64,000 nt of DNA from Luteimonas sp. (GTDB taxonomy: Bacteria; Pseudomonadota; Gammaproteobacteria; Xanthomonadales; Xanthomonadaceae): positions 48,174 through 112,173 of the forward strand of contig JBJMWR010000024.1 of NCBI GenBank assembly GCA_045810015.1, written 5' to 3'. Below the pieces are notes generated by a model. That model was given only the letters and a program-made list of their open reading frames with translations. It was not told where the DNA came from and did no database searches. This document shows, one piece after another, positions 10,094 through 20,785 of the stretch (its first letter is position 1; each line of letters starts with the position of its first letter). The translations under genes were made by a program, and so were the position numbers.

Positions 10094-10216
10094 TGGGCGC
10101 CGCGAGCGGCCCCGGTTGGACGACCGGTCTGCAAACGCGTCTAAGACGTGTGCAGCTTGCTAGTATAGCAGGCTTGCTGGCGCCGCAACGGCCGCCTGAG
10201 AATTTTTTCAGACTTG

Positions 10217-11554
10217 ATGCATACCGATTCCACTCCGATTCAAAGCGTCCTCTCCGCCGAGCTGCGGACGATTCCGCGCGACCAGCACACCATCTCGCGG
10301 CGGCAGATCAGCCAGAATGCGCTGCGCGTGCTGTACCGCCTGCACGAGGCCGGCCACGAGGCCTATCTGGTCGGCGGGGCGGTGCGCGATGTGCTGGTCG
10401 GCCTGACGCCGAAGGACTTCGACATCGCAACCGACGCGACGCCCGAGCAGGTCAAAGGGCTGTTCCGCAACTGTCGCCTGATCGGTCGCCGGTTCCGTCT
10501 GGCGCATGTCGTGTTCGGCCGCGAGATCATCGAGGTGGCCACGTTCCGCGCCAACGTCGACGACGGCAGCGGCGACCGCGAGGTCCACGACGGCGGCCGC
10601 CTGCTGCGCGACAACGTCTACGGCACCATCGAAGACGACGCGGTACGCCGCGACTTCACCGCCAACGCCCTGTATTACGCGATCGCCGATTTCTCGGTGC
10701 GCGACTACACCGGTGGCTTCGAGGATGTGCAGAACCGGGTCATGCGCCTGATCGGCGATCCCGACACGCGCTACCGCGAAGACCCGGTGCGCATGCTGCG
10801 CGCGGTGCGTCTGGCGGCCAAGCTCGGTTTCACGATCGAACCCGGCACCGCGGAACCCATTCCGCGCCTGGCCTCGCTGCTGGCCGAAGCCGCGCCGGCG
10901 CGACTGTTCGAGGAATGCCTGAAGCTGTTCCTGTCCGGACATGCGGTCGCCAGTTTCGAAGGTCTCGAGCGTCACGGCCTGCTGCCGGCGCTGTTTCCCG
11001 AATCCGCGGCCGCGCTCGCCAGCAACCGCAGTGGCGCGTTGCGCTCGATGGTGCTCGCGGGACTGGCGTCGACCGATGCGCGCGTCGCCGCGGGGGATCC
11101 GGTGTCGCCGGCGTTCCTGTTCGCGACTCTGCTGTGGCCGGCGTTCTGCCGCGCGTGGATGAAGCTGCAGGCCGACGGCGTGCAGCCGGTCGAGGCGCAG
11201 CGCCGCGCGGCCGATCGCGTCACGCTGCATCAGGTGACCACGGTCGCGCTGCCGCGTCGTTTCTCGTTGCCGATGCAGGAAATCTGGCTGCTGCAGGCGC
11301 GCTTCCCGCTGCGCCAGCGCAAGCGCGTCACGCGCACGCTGTCGCATCCCCGTTTCCGCGCCGCATTCGATTTCCTCGTACTGCGCCAGACTGCGTCCGA
11401 TGCGCATGCCGCCGACGTCGCGTTCTGGGAAGAAGCCCAGCACGATCCCGACCACGCGATCGCGCTGTATCCGGGCGAGGACGAGGCGGGTGGCGATGAA
11501 GACGCACCGCGTCGTCGCCGCCGTCGCCGCCGTACGCCGGCCGCGGCTGGATGA
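10217..11554 (+). CDS. pcnB: poly(A) polymerase I
   Basis: AYLVGGAVRDVLVG..PKDFDIATDATPEQV..CRLIGRRFRLAHV is the nucleotidyltransferase core, followed by an Arg-rich C-terminal tail. ATG 10217 (a TTG 3 nt upstream is also possible). Confidence 0.92.
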   Translation: MHTDSTPIQSVLSAELRTIPRDQHTISRRQISQNALRVLYRLHEAGHEAYLVGGAVRDVLVGLTPKDFDIATDATPEQVKGLFRNCRLIGRRFRLAHVVFGREIIEVATFRANVDDGSGDREVHDGGRLLRDNVYGTIEDDAVRRDFTANALYYAIADFSVRDYTGGFEDVQNRVMRLIGDPDTRYREDPVRMLRAVRLAAKLGFTIEPGTAEPIPRLASLLAEAAPARLFEECLKLFLSGHAVASFEGLERHGLLPALFPESAAALASNRSGALRSMVLAGLASTDARVAAGDPVSPAFLFATLLWPAFCRAWMKLQADGVQPVEAQRRAADRVTLHQVTTVALPRRFSLPMQEIWLLQARFPLRQRKRVTRTLSHPRFRAAFDFLVLRQTASDAHAADVAFWEEAQHDPDHAIALYPGEDEAGGDEDAPRRRRRRRRTPAAAG

Positions 11555-11594
11555 GACCGCGCGCCGCGCGCGGCGTGCAGTCAAGCGCCCGCGC

Positions 11595-12089
11595 ATGAGC
11601 GTGCGCGCCTGGATCGGGCTCGGCGGCAATCTCGGCAATGTGCCGCAGGTGCTGCGCGACGCTGCCGCGGCGCTGTCGGCGCTCCCGGATATCAAAGACC
11701 TCCGGCTGTCGTCGCTGTATCGCACGCCGGCGTGGGGCCGCACCGACCAGCCCGATTTCGTCAACGCGGTCGCGGTACTCGATACCAACCGCGCGCCGAT
11801 GGATCTGCTCGACGCGCTGCTCGATATCGAACGTCTGTTCGGCCGCACCCGCAGTGACGAGGCTGGCGACCAGTGGGGGCCGCGCACGCTGGACCTCGAC
11901 CTGCTGCTCTATGGCGACGCGTTGATCACGCTGCCGGGACTGACCGTTCCGCATCCGCGCCTGCACCAGCGCGCATTTGCGCTTGTGCCGCTGCTGGAAC
12001 TCGACGCCGCCATCGTGATTCCACGTATCGGCGCGGCGTCCGATGCGCTCGTGCACGTGGATCGCGCCGGCATCGAAGCGCTGCCCTGA
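11595..12089 (+). CDS. folK: 2-amino-4-hydroxy-6-hydroxymethyldihydropteridine diphosphokinase
   Basis: AWIGLGGNLG.., ..YRTPAWG..DQPDFVNAV.., RTLDLDLLLYGD.., PHPR..QRAFVL-like motifs. pcnB-folK-panB order as in E. coli. Confidence 0.9.
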   Translation: MSVRAWIGLGGNLGNVPQVLRDAAAALSALPDIKDLRLSSLYRTPAWGRTDQPDFVNAVAVLDTNRAPMDLLDALLDIERLFGRTRSDEAGDQWGPRTLDLDLLLYGDALITLPGLTVPHPRLHQRAFALVPLLELDAAIVIPRIGAASDALVHVDRAGIEALP

Positions 12090-12193
12090 TCTCGCGTCGG
12101 GTTGCCGTTCGCTGATCCGCGGCGCTGCACCGCTCGACGCGCCGATGCCGGCGCGCGCGACCAGCGTTTCGGCATTGGTGCGACACTAATGCG

Positions 12194-13009
12194 ATGAACA
12201 CTTCATCTTCCGCGCCGGTCACCGTGCCCGCGCTGTTCGAGGCCCGCGCCGCTGGTCGCCGGCTCGCGATGCTCACCGCTTACGACGCCGGCTTCGCCCG
12301 CACCTTCGATGCCGCAGGTGTGGACCTGCTGTTGATCGGCGATTCGCTGGGCATGGTGGTGCAGGGGCATGGCTCGACGCTGCCGGTCACCGTCGACGAC
12401 ATTGCGTACCACACGGCCTGCGTGGCCCGCGCGGTGCAGCGCGCACTGGTGATCGCCGATCTGCCGTTCCAGGCCGACGCGACACCCGAGCGCGCGCTCG
12501 ATGCGTCGACACGGCTGCTGCAGGCGGGCGCCGGCATGGTCAAGCTGGAAGGCGCGACGCCGAACAAATGCGAAGTCGTACGTTTCCTCGTCGAGCGCGA
12601 GATTCCGGTCTGTGCGCATCTCGGCCTGACTCCGCAATCGGTGCTGCGTTTCGGCGGCTTCAAGATCCAGGGGCGTGGTGATGCCGCGGCGCAGGCGCTG
12701 CGCGACGATGCGCGCGCGATCGCTGAAGCCGGCGCGACGCTGATCGTGCTCGAAGGCGTGCCGGCGTCGCTCGCTGCCGAAATCACCGCCGCCTCGCCAG
12801 TGCCGACCATCGGCATCGGCGCAGGCCCGGATTGCGACGGTCAGGTGCTGGTGCTGCACGACATGCTGGGTCTGGACAGTGGCCATCGCCGGCCCAAGTT
12901 CGTGCGCGATTTCCTCGTCGAAGGCGGCTCTGTTGCCGGCGCCGCGCGCGCCTACATCGACGCGGTGCGAGACGGGAGCTTCCCGGGTCCGGAACACTCC
13001 TACAAGTGA
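12194..13009 (+). CDS. panB: 3-methyl-2-oxobutanoate hydroxymethyltransferase
   Basis: [12 protein letters not shown].., [14 protein letters not shown].., VKLEG.. are typical PanB motifs. Confidence 0.93.
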   Translation: MNTSSSAPVTVPALFEARAAGRRLAMLTAYDAGFARTFDAAGVDLLLIGDSLGMVVQGHGSTLPVTVDDIAYHTACVARAVQRALVIADLPFQADATPERALDASTRLLQAGAGMVKLEGATPNKCEVVRFLVEREIPVCAHLGLTPQSVLRFGGFKIQGRGDAAAQALRDDARAIAEAGATLIVLEGVPASLAAEITAASPVPTIGIGAGPDCDGQVLVLHDMLGLDSGHRRPKFVRDFLVEGGSVAGAARAYIDAVRDGSFPGPEHSYK

Positions 13010-13114
13010 GCGGAGCGTCGTGTCCGGTCGGGCGACGACATACCGATAGGTGCGCGCTGACGCCCTGCGTCGCCGATCTGCGAAAATCGACGCCTCCCCA
13101 TTGCCGGACCCGCC

Positions 13115-13981
13115 GTGATCGACACCGTCCATGACCTCGCCGCGCTGCGCGCGCGGATCGCCGACTGGAAGCGCGCGGGCCTGCGCGTCGGCCTCGTGCC
13201 GACGATGGGCAACCTGCACGCGGGTCATTTCTCGCTGGTCGAGGCGCTACGCCCGCACGTGGATCGCGTGGTCGCCAGCGTGTTCGTCAATCCGACCCAG
13301 TTCGGCCCGAACGAGGACTTCGCCCGCTACCCGCGCACGCCGGACCAGGACGCGCAGGGTCTCGCCGCCGCAGGCTGCGATCTGCTGTGGCTGCCATCGG
13401 TCGAGGCGATGTATCCGCTTGGCCTGCACAACACGGTGACCGTGCGCGTGCCGGGCGTGACCGAAGTGCTGGACGGTGCGCACCGTCCGGGCCATTTCGA
13501 CGGTGTGGCGACCGTGGTCGCGCGTCTGTTCAACCAGGTGCAGCCGGACGTCGCCGCGTTCGGGCGCAAGGACTACCAGCAGCTGGCGGTGATCGCGCAT
13601 CTGGTCGCCGATCTCGCATTTCCGGTGGAACTGCTGCCGGTCGCGATCGCCCGTGAGGTCGATGGCCTGGCGATGAGCTCGCGTAACCAGTATCTCGACG
13701 CCGATGCCCGGGCCCGTGCGCCGGCGATGCATGCGGCGTTGCGCGCACTTCGCGACGCTATGCAGGGCGGCGCACCTGCAGCGGACGCGGCGGGCAATGC
13801 CGCGGCGGCGCTGCGCGAGGCCGGCTTCGTGGTCGATTACGTCGACGTGCATGCGCCCGACCTGTCGGCCTATGTCGACGGCCAACAGGCTGCGGTCGCG
13901 CTGGCAGCGGCGCGCCTCGGCGCCACACGCCTGATCGACAACCTCGAATTCAGCATCGACGGCACGCCGACAGCCCGCTGA
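13115..13981 (+). CDS. panC: pantoate--beta-alanine ligase
   Basis: VGLVPTMGNLHAGHFSLV (HIGH-like motif) and ..FGRKDYQQL... GTG start at 13115. Confidence 0.93.
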   Translation: MIDTVHDLAALRARIADWKRAGLRVGLVPTMGNLHAGHFSLVEALRPHVDRVVASVFVNPTQFGPNEDFARYPRTPDQDAQGLAAAGCDLLWLPSVEAMYPLGLHNTVTVRVPGVTEVLDGAHRPGHFDGVATVVARLFNQVQPDVAAFGRKDYQQLAVIAHLVADLAFPVELLPVAIAREVDGLAMSSRNQYLDADARARAPAMHAALRALRDAMQGGAPAADAAGNAAAALREAGFVVDYVDVHAPDLSAYVDGQQAAVALAAARLGATRLIDNLEFSIDGTPTAR

Positions 13982-14095
13982 ATCTCCCGTCGCTGCGGCA
14001 GGCGGTGATGTTGCGATGCCGCAGATGGTCCCTATACTTCGCGGTTCCTGCGGGCTTCCCGCGTTGTCCGATGCCGTGACCCGGCCGCATCCGTC

Positions 14096-14476
14096 ATGCA
14101 ACTCACCCTGCTGAAAGCCAAGATCCACCGCGCCTCCGTCACCCACGCCGAGTTGCATTACGAAGGCTCGTGTGCGATCGACGGCCGCCTGCTCGACCTG
14201 TCGGGCATCCGCGAATACGAGCGCATCGAGATCTACAACATCAACAACGGCGAGCGCTTCGCGACCTACGCGATCCGCGCCGATGTCGGCAGCGGCATCA
14301 TCTCGGTCAACGGCGCCGCCGCGCACAAGGCCGGCGTGGGCGATCTGGTGATCATCTGCGCCTACGGCGCGCTGGACGAAGCCGAAGTGGCGAAGTTCAA
14401 GCCCAAGTTGGTGTACGTGGACCGCGACAACCGCATGACCCACACCAACGATTCGATTCCCGCACAGGCCGCCTGA
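14096..14476 (+). CDS. panD: aspartate 1-decarboxylase proenzyme
   Basis: [30 protein letters not shown] contains the Gly-Ser self-cleavage site. Confidence 0.95.
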   Translation: MQLTLLKAKIHRASVTHAELHYEGSCAIDGRLLDLSGIREYERIEIYNINNGERFATYAIRADVGSGIISVNGAAAHKAGVGDLVIICAYGALDEAEVAKFKPKLVYVDRDNRMTHTNDSIPAQAA

Positions 14477-16005
14477 TGACGACGGCGGCGCGGCGGATCG
14501 AAGACACGCTGGCGCCGCACGCGCGTCGCCTCGATTCGGCGCGCATCGCCGACCTCGTCGAAGCCGATGCGGCGCGTCCGCACGACTTTGCGCTGCGCAT
14601 CGGCGGACTCTACGCCAGCTTTGCGCGCCAGCGGCTCGACCGCGACGCGCGCGACGCGCTGGTCGCACTCGGTGACGCCGCGTCATTGCCGCAGGCATTC
14701 CGCGCGCTGTTCGACGGCATCACCGTCAACACCTCCGAGAACCGTCCGGCGCTGCACGTCGCGCTGCGGTCCGCGCTGTCTGACGCCGCGATCGCGCGTG
14801 ACGCGCATGCGCAGGCTGCCGAAGCGCGCGTGCGCATGGCGGAACTGGTCGCGCAGCTCGAAGCGTCCGACGTCACCGACATCGTCAATGTCGGCATCGG
14901 CGGTTCGGATCTCGGTCCGCGCCTGGTCGTCGATGCGCTGAAGGATTTCGGCACCGGTCGCTTCCGCGTGCATTTCCTAACCAACGTCGACGGCAGCGAT
15001 GCGCAGCATCGGCTTGCGAAACTCGATCCGGCGAAGACCGCTGCGATTCTCGTGTCCAAGACCTTCGGCACGCAGGAAACCCTGCTCAACGGCGCGGTCG
15101 TGCGCGACTGGCTCGGCGGCAGCGAACGCCTGTACGCGGTCAGCGCCAACGTGCCGCGCGCAGAAGCCTTCGGCGTCGCGCCCGAGCGCGTGCTGCCGAT
15201 GTGGGACTGGGTCGGGGGTCGTTACTCGCTGTGGTCGGCGGTCGGTTTCTCGATCGCACTCGCGGTCGGCATGGACGGATTCGAGGCGCTGCTCGCCGGC
15301 GCCGCCGACATGGACGCGCACGCGCTGCAGGCGCCGATCGGCGAGAACCTGCCGCTGCTGCATGCGCTGACGGGCGTGTGGAATCGCAACGCGCTCGGCC
15401 TCGCCACGCATGCCGTGTTGCCCTATGACGAGCGCCTCGCGCTGCTGCCGGCATATCTGCAGCAGCTGGTGATGGAGAGCCTCGGCAAGTCGGTCACGCC
15501 CGATGGCGAAGCGGTCGGCATCGATACCGTGCCGGTGCTGTGGGGCGGGCCGGGCACCAATTCGCAGCACAGCTTCTTCCAGGCGCTGCACCAGGGCACG
15601 CAGACCGTGCCGGCCGATTTCATCGGCGTGGTGAATCCCGCGCATCCGCATGCCGACAACCACGCGGCATTGCTGTCGAACCTGCTCGCGCAGACCGAAG
15701 CGCTGGCCAACGGGTATTCGGCCGACGATCCGCAGAAGTCGTATCCGGGCAACCGCCCGTCGACGCTGTTCCTGTTCGACCGTCTCGATCCGCGCAGCCT
15801 CGGCGCGTTGATCGCGCTCTACGAGCACAGCGTCTACGCGCAGTCGGTGCTGTGGGGCATCAATGCCTTCGACCAGTGGGGCGTCGAGCTGGGCAAGCGC
15901 ATTGCCGGCGAACTGATGCCGGCGGTGCAGGGCGATGACGTGGCGGTGGCCGACCCGGTCACGCGCGCGTTGCTGGACGAGATCCGCGCGCGTCGCGCGC
16001 GCTGA
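14476..16005 (+). CDS. pgi: glucose-6-phosphate isomerase
   Basis: [22 protein letters not shown] and [10 protein letters not shown] motifs. ATG 14476 overlaps the panD stop (TGATG). Confidence 0.93.
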   Translation: MTTAARRIEDTLAPHARRLDSARIADLVEADAARPHDFALRIGGLYASFARQRLDRDARDALVALGDAASLPQAFRALFDGITVNTSENRPALHVALRSALSDAAIARDAHAQAAEARVRMAELVAQLEASDVTDIVNVGIGGSDLGPRLVVDALKDFGTGRFRVHFLTNVDGSDAQHRLAKLDPAKTAAILVSKTFGTQETLLNGAVVRDWLGGSERLYAVSANVPRAEAFGVAPERVLPMWDWVGGRYSLWSAVGFSIALAVGMDGFEALLAGAADMDAHALQAPIGENLPLLHALTGVWNRNALGLATHAVLPYDERLALLPAYLQQLVMESLGKSVTPDGEAVGIDTVPVLWGGPGTNSQHSFFQALHQGTQTVPADFIGVVNPAHPHADNHAALLSNLLAQTEALANGYSADDPQKSYPGNRPSTLFLFDRLDPRSLGALIALYEHSVYAQSVLWGINAFDQWGVELGKRIAGELMPAVQGDDVAVADPVTRALLDEIRARRAR

Positions 16006-16018
16006 TCGATCGCTGTTC

Positions 16019-16037
16019 GCGCGGGCGCTTCCCGCGC
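16019..16037. terminator. hairpin between convergent pgi and queG (no U tract)
   Basis: GCGCGGG-CGCTT-CCCGCGC, a 7-bp GC stem within the 40-nt spacer. Confidence 0.35.
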
Positions 16038-16045
16038 CTGCGGAG

Positions 16046-17128
16046 TCAGTCCACGCCGTGGCGCGCCAGCGCCCAGTCCACGTGCTCTTCGATCAGAAGA
16101 TCGCCGGAGTTCCGGCGCGTGCGCAGCGCGGTGATGGTCTCCGGCGTCGTCGGCGCATTGCCGAGCGCGACGGCGAGATTGCGCAGCCAGCGGCGATGTC
16201 CGCTGCGGCGGATCGGTGAGCCTTCGGTGCGCTGCAGGAACTCGTCCTCGTCCCAGGCGAACAGCTCGGCCAGGCTCGCGGTGTCGAGATTGTTGCGCGC
16301 ACGGAAGTCGGGTTCGTCGGTGCGCTTGGCGAACTTGTTCCAGGGGCAGACCAGCTGGCAGTCGTCGCAGCCAAAGATGCGGTTGCCGATCAACGGACGC
16401 AGCGAGACGTCGATCGCGCCTTCGTGTTCGATCGTCAGATAGGCGATGCAGCGCCGCGCGTCGAGGCGGTGCGGCGCGATGATCGCGCGCGTCGGGCAGA
16501 CGTCGATGCAGCGCACGCAGGTGCCGCAATGCGCGGTCGCCGGCGGATCGACCGGCAGCGGCACGTCGACATAGATCTCGCCGAGGAAGAACCACGAGCC
16601 ACCGTTCTTGTCGATCAGGCAGGTGTGCTTGCCGATCCAGCCGAGTCCTGCGTTGCGCGCGAGCGCGCGTTCCAGCACCGGCGCCGAATCGACGAACACG
16701 CGATGGCCGAACGGACCGATTTCCTCGGCGATGCGATGCGCGAACTTCTGCAGCCGGTTGCGCATCAGCTTGTGATAATCGCGGCCCAGCGCATAGCGCG
16801 CCACGTAGGCGCGGCTGCCGTCTGCGAGCGTGTCCCAGGCGCTGTCATCGTCGTTGCGGCCGTAGTCGAGACCAACCGACAACACGCGCACGGTGCCGGG
16901 AAGCAATTCGTCCGGACGCGCGCGCATGTCGCCGTGGCGTGCCATCCAGTCCATGGTTCCGTACAGGCCCTGCGCGAGCCAGTCGCGCAGATGCGCTTCG
17001 TCCTCGCGCAGATCGATGCCGGCGATGCCGCAGCGCTGGAAGCCCATCTCGCCCGCGATCGCCTTGATGCGTGCGGCGAGCGCGTCGGGCGATGCGGAGT
17101 ATGGAGCGGCGGTGGCGGCGGACGGCAT
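16046..17128 (-). CDS. queG: epoxyqueuosine reductase
   Basis: CGTCVRCIDVCPTRAI and CDDCQLVCPWNKF ferredoxin-type clusters, with a HEAT-like C-terminus. Start at ATG 17128 (MPSAATAAPY..). Confidence 0.88.
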   Translation of the reverse strand: MPSAATAAPYSASPDALAARIKAIAGEMGFQRCGIAGIDLREDEAHLRDWLAQGLYGTMDWMARHGDMRARPDELLPGTVRVLSVGLDYGRNDDDSAWDTLADGSRAYVARYALGRDYHKLMRNRLQKFAHRIAEEIGPFGHRVFVDSAPVLERALARNAGLGWIGKHTCLIDKNGGSWFFLGEIYVDVPLPVDPPATAHCGTCVRCIDVCPTRAIIAPHRLDARRCIAYLTIEHEGAIDVSLRPLIGNRIFGCDDCQLVCPWNKFAKRTDEPDFRARNNLDTASLAELFAWDEDEFLQRTEGSPIRRSGHRRWLRNLAVALGNAPTTPETITALRTRRNSGDLLIEEHVDWALARHGVD

Positions 17129-17150
17129 CACGATGCGCGAAGTATAGAAT
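17122..17150 (+). promoter_or_regulatory. candidate promoter implying a leaderless or near-leaderless nnr transcript
   Basis: TATAGAAT at 17143-17150 ends 7 nt before ATG 17158. There is a weak -35 (ACGGCA) 17 nt upstream. The whole divergent spacer is 29 bp and has no SD. Confidence 0.3.
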
Positions 17151-17157
17151 CCGCGCG

Positions 17158-18693
17158 ATGAGTGCTTCCTGTGCCACGCCTGCGCCCGGCGCTTCGCTGC
17201 CGGGCACCCCGCTGTACGACGCGGCCGCGCTACGCGCGATCGAGGTCGCGGCGCTCGCGCACGAAAGCGACGCCACCACGCTGATGCAGCGAGCCGGCCA
17301 GGCCGGCTGGCGCACGCTGCTGGCGCACTGGCCGCAGGCGCAGCGCATCGTCGTGGTCTGCGGGCCGGGCAACAACGGCGGCGACGGCTACGTACTCGCG
17401 ACGCAGGCGTTGGCGTCGGGGCGTGACGCGGTCGTCGTCCGGCTCGCATCGCATGCACCGCGCACGGACGCAGCGAGAGCGATGTGCGTCGCGTTCGAAA
17501 CAGCGGGCGGCCGGATCCTCGCATTCGACGGCGCGTTGCCTGCCGGAGACATCGTCGTCGATGCGGTGTTCGGTATCGGCCTGTCGCGTGCGCCCGACGA
17601 CGCGACTGCTGCATTGATCGATGCGATCAACGCCGCCGACGTGCCCGTGCTCGCACTCGACACGCCTAGCGGCCTGTCCAGCGATCGCGACAGCACGGAG
17701 GGCGTTGCCGTGCGCGCGACGTGCACGCTGCAGTTCCTCGCGCCGCAGATCGGGCTGCAGACCGGCGATGGCCCGGATCATGCCGGCGCGCTGTCGCTGG
17801 ACACGCTCGGCGTCAACGTGCACTGCGTCGCGGATGCCCATGCACAGGCGCAGCGGATCGACGCACACGATCTCGCACACTGGCTGCGGCTGCGTCCGCG
17901 TAATGCGCACAAGGGCAGCCATGGACGCGTGCTGTGCATCGGTGGCGACCATGGCACCGGCGGCGCGGTGCTGCTCGCGGCCGGCGCCGCATTGCGCGCA
18001 GGTGCGGGGCTCGTGGAAGTCGCAACCCAGGGGATGCACGTCGCGCCACTGCTCGCGCGCTGGCCCGAGGCGATGGTCCGGCGTACCGACAACGTGTCCG
18101 CGCTGGCCGGCGCTCTCGATGCCGCGGATGTCATCGCGCTCGGTCCGGGCCTCGGCCAAGGCAGCTGGGGCCACGCGCTGTTCGACGAAACGCTCGACGC
18201 CGCCGGCGCAGCAGGCACACCGCTGGTGCTCGATGCCGACGCGCTCAACCTGCTCGCCGCGCGCCCGCGCGCGTTGCCAGCGGGTGCGATCCTCACACCG
18301 CATCCGGGCGAGGCCGCGCGGCTGCTCGATCTCGATACCGCCGCGATCCAGCGCGACCGGCCGGCCGCAGTGCGCGCACTCGCTGCGCGCTGGAGTGCGG
18401 TCGTCGTGCTCAAGGGCGCCGGTACGCTGGTCTGTGCGCCCGACGGACTGCCGTGGCTCGTCGCGGCCGGCAATCCTGGCATGGCCACCGGCGGCATGGG
18501 CGATGTGCTGACCGGCGTGATCGCCGCGCTGCGCGCGCAGGGACTCGACGCCGAACACGCGGCCGCCTGCGGCGCCTTGTTGCACGCCGTGGCCGGCGAT
18601 ACCGCCGCGCGCACGTCTGGCGAACGCGGCCTGTTGCCGGGCGACCTCATCGACGTGCTGCGCGCCTGCGCGAATCCGGAACCGAACGCATGA
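17158..18693 (+). CDS. nnr: bifunctional NAD(P)H-hydrate repair enzyme (epimerase/ADP-dependent dehydratase)
   Basis: YjeF_N part (VVVCGPGNNGGDGYVLA) plus the carbohydrate-kinase part (HKGSHGRVL.IGG.., GGMGDVLTG). Confidence 0.9.
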   Translation: MSASCATPAPGASLPGTPLYDAAALRAIEVAALAHESDATTLMQRAGQAGWRTLLAHWPQAQRIVVVCGPGNNGGDGYVLATQALASGRDAVVVRLASHAPRTDAARAMCVAFETAGGRILAFDGALPAGDIVVDAVFGIGLSRAPDDATAALIDAINAADVPVLALDTPSGLSSDRDSTEGVAVRATCTLQFLAPQIGLQTGDGPDHAGALSLDTLGVNVHCVADAHAQAQRIDAHDLAHWLRLRPRNAHKGSHGRVLCIGGDHGTGGAVLLAAGAALRAGAGLVEVATQGMHVAPLLARWPEAMVRRTDNVSALAGALDAADVIALGPGLGQGSWGHALFDETLDAAGAAGTPLVLDADALNLLAARPRALPAGAILTPHPGEAARLLDLDTAAIQRDRPAAVRALAARWSAVVVLKGAGTLVCAPDGLPWLVAAGNPGMATGGMGDVLTGVIAALRAQGLDAEHAAACGALLHAVAGDTAARTSGERGLLPGDLIDVLRACANPEPNA

Positions 18694-19175
18694 TCCGACG
18701 CCATCTCCCCGACGACGCGGCGACCCGCCTGCTCGCCGAACTTCTCGCCGCGCATCAGCCGCGCGGCGCCGTCGTGTACCTGCAGGGCGACCTCGGCGCC
18801 GGCAAGTCCACGCTGGCCCGCGCTTGGCTGCGCGCGCTCGGCGTGACCGGCACCGTGCGCAGCCCCACCTACACCCTCGTCGAACGCTATCCGGTTGACG
18901 GCGGCGAAGCGCTGCATCTGGATCTGTACCGGATCGGCGATGCAGGCGAGCTCGATTTCCTCGGGCTCGACGACATCGACGCCGCGCTGTGGCTCATCGA
19001 GTGGCCAGAGCGCGGCGCCGCGGCGCTGGCGCCTGCCGATCTTGAGATCCACCTGGCCATCGACGGCGCGGGCCGTTCGGTCGAACTCGTGCCCGACGGG
19101 CAGGGCGGTAACGCTTGGCTGGCCGCACTTCTCGACGATCCCCGTTTGTCGGCGCTTCCTGAACCGAAACCATAG
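18690..19175 (+). CDS. tsaE: tRNA threonylcarbamoyladenosine biosynthesis ATPase TsaE
   Basis: LQGDLGAGKSTLAR (Walker A), V.SPTYTLVE.Y and HLDLYR motifs. ATGA overlap with nnr. Confidence 0.9.
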   Translation: MIRRHLPDDAATRLLAELLAAHQPRGAVVYLQGDLGAGKSTLARAWLRALGVTGTVRSPTYTLVERYPVDGGEALHLDLYRIGDAGELDFLGLDDIDAALWLIEWPERGAAALAPADLEIHLAIDGAGRSVELVPDGQGGNAWLAALLDDPRLSALPEPKP

Positions 19176-19250
19176 AAAGGATCTGCAGGCCACGGATTTG
19201 AAAGGGAAAATGGCTTGCAATGTTCCAGAGGCGGTGATTGACTACCCGTC

Positions 19251-20708
19251 ATGCGCATCCGGGGAATCAATCTGTCTCAGCTCGCGTTGGCGGTCGCCCT
19301 GATCGCCGCGCTGTGCTGGAACATCGCTTACGGCGCCGAGCTGCGCGGGGTCGACGTGCGCTCCGGTGCCACCGGCACTCGCGCCGAACTCAAACTCGAT
19401 GCCCGCGCCGAGTACTCGGTGATCTCCCTCGCCAATCCCGACCGCCTGGTCGTCGATCTGCCCGGCACCCGCCTGCGCACGACGGCGATGCCGGCCGGCG
19501 CGGGTACGATCAAGTCCGTGCGCAGTGGCCAGCCAGTCGCCGGCACCACGCGCATCGTGTTCGATTTGTCTTCGTCGGTGAAGGCGATGCCGCCGCGGCT
19601 CGAAGACAGCCCGGACGGTCCCAGGCTCGTCATCGAATGGCCCGGCGACGGCGCTGCCGATCCGATCGCGCGTATCGCCGCGTCGACCGCGTCGACGCCC
19701 GCTGCCGGTGCCGTGCCCGTGGCGACACCTGCAGCCGATCCTTCGCTGGCATCCAACGATGCGACCTCGCGCCTGATTTCGAGCATGGGCCCGCAGCAGG
19801 GCCCTGCGCCGTCCGCACCTGCGCCTGTGACTGCCACCGCGCAGGCACCCGTCACGCAGCTGCCGCCTGCGCCCATTCCGACACCGCCGCCTGCCGTGCA
19901 GCGCGAGATCGCGCCTGCGCCGCAGGTGCCGATGCCCGCTGCGGTCGGTCCAGGCATGCGTCCGCTGGTTGTCGCGATCGATCCCGGTCACGGCGGTCGC
20001 GATCCCGGCGCCATCGGTCCGGCAGGCACGCACGAGAAGAACGTCGTGCTGGCGATCTCGCGAGAACTCGCGCGCCAGATCAACGCCACGCCCGGCATGC
20101 GTGCGCATCTGGTGCGCGAGAACGACAGCTACATCGAACTGCCCCAGCGTGCAGCGCGCGCCCGCCGGGCCAAGGCCGACATGTTCGTGTCGATCCATGC
20201 CGACGCCGCGCACAACCGCGCGGCGTACGGCTCGTCGGTCTACACCCTGTCCACGCGCGGCGCCTCTTCGCAGCAGGCGCGCTGGCTGGCCGACCGCGAG
20301 AACAGCGCCGATCTGGTTGGTGGCGTGTCGCTGTCGCAGGACACCCTGTCGAACGTGCTGCTAGAAATGGCGCAGAGCGGCCACATGCGCGCCTCGCAGG
20401 ACGCCGCAACGCACGTGCTCTCTGGCCTGCGCAACGTCGGCAAGACGCACAAGGCGAACGTCGAGTACGCGAACTTCTCCGTGCTGCGCAATGCCGACAT
20501 GCCGGCGATGCTGGTCGAGACCGGCTTCATCTCCAATGCCGAGGAAGAGCAGCGTCTGCTCGATCCCGCGCACCAGCGCCGCCTCGCCAGCGCCGTGCTC
20601 AACGGCATCAACACGTACTTCACTGCGCAACCGCCGCCGGGCACGCTGTATGCCGCGCGTGCGGCGGCTGCGGCCGATGCGGGCGTGGCGGCCGGCGGCA
20701 GCCCCTGA
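19251..20708 (+). CDS. N-acetylmuramoyl-L-alanine amidase (AmiB/AmiC type, AMIN domain + Amidase_3)
   Basis: Signal peptide, then an AMIN-like region (..ELKLDA...SL.NPDRLVVDLPG..), a Pro/Ala-rich linker and the catalytic part (VVAIDPGHGGRDPGA, FVSIHADA, LVETGFISN). Sits in the tsaE-amidase-mutL position as in E. coli. Confidence 0.9.
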   Translation: MRIRGINLSQLALAVALIAALCWNIAYGAELRGVDVRSGATGTRAELKLDARAEYSVISLANPDRLVVDLPGTRLRTTAMPAGAGTIKSVRSGQPVAGTTRIVFDLSSSVKAMPPRLEDSPDGPRLVIEWPGDGAADPIARIAASTASTPAAGAVPVATPAADPSLASNDATSRLISSMGPQQGPAPSAPAPVTATAQAPVTQLPPAPIPTPPPAVQREIAPAPQVPMPAAVGPGMRPLVVAIDPGHGGRDPGAIGPAGTHEKNVVLAISRELARQINATPGMRAHLVRENDSYIELPQRAARARRAKADMFVSIHADAAHNRAAYGSSVYTLSTRGASSQQARWLADRENSADLVGGVSLSQDTLSNVLLEMAQSGHMRASQDAATHVLSGLRNVGKTHKANVEYANFSVLRNADMPAMLVETGFISNAEEEQRLLDPAHQRRLASAVLNGINTYFTAQPPPGTLYAARAAAAADAGVAAGGSP

Positions 20709-20785
20709 TCGACCGGGCGCGACGCCCGAGCCGGTATCATCCACGTTGATTCCTGCCGCGACGCGTCTGCGTCGCCGATGCCCAC

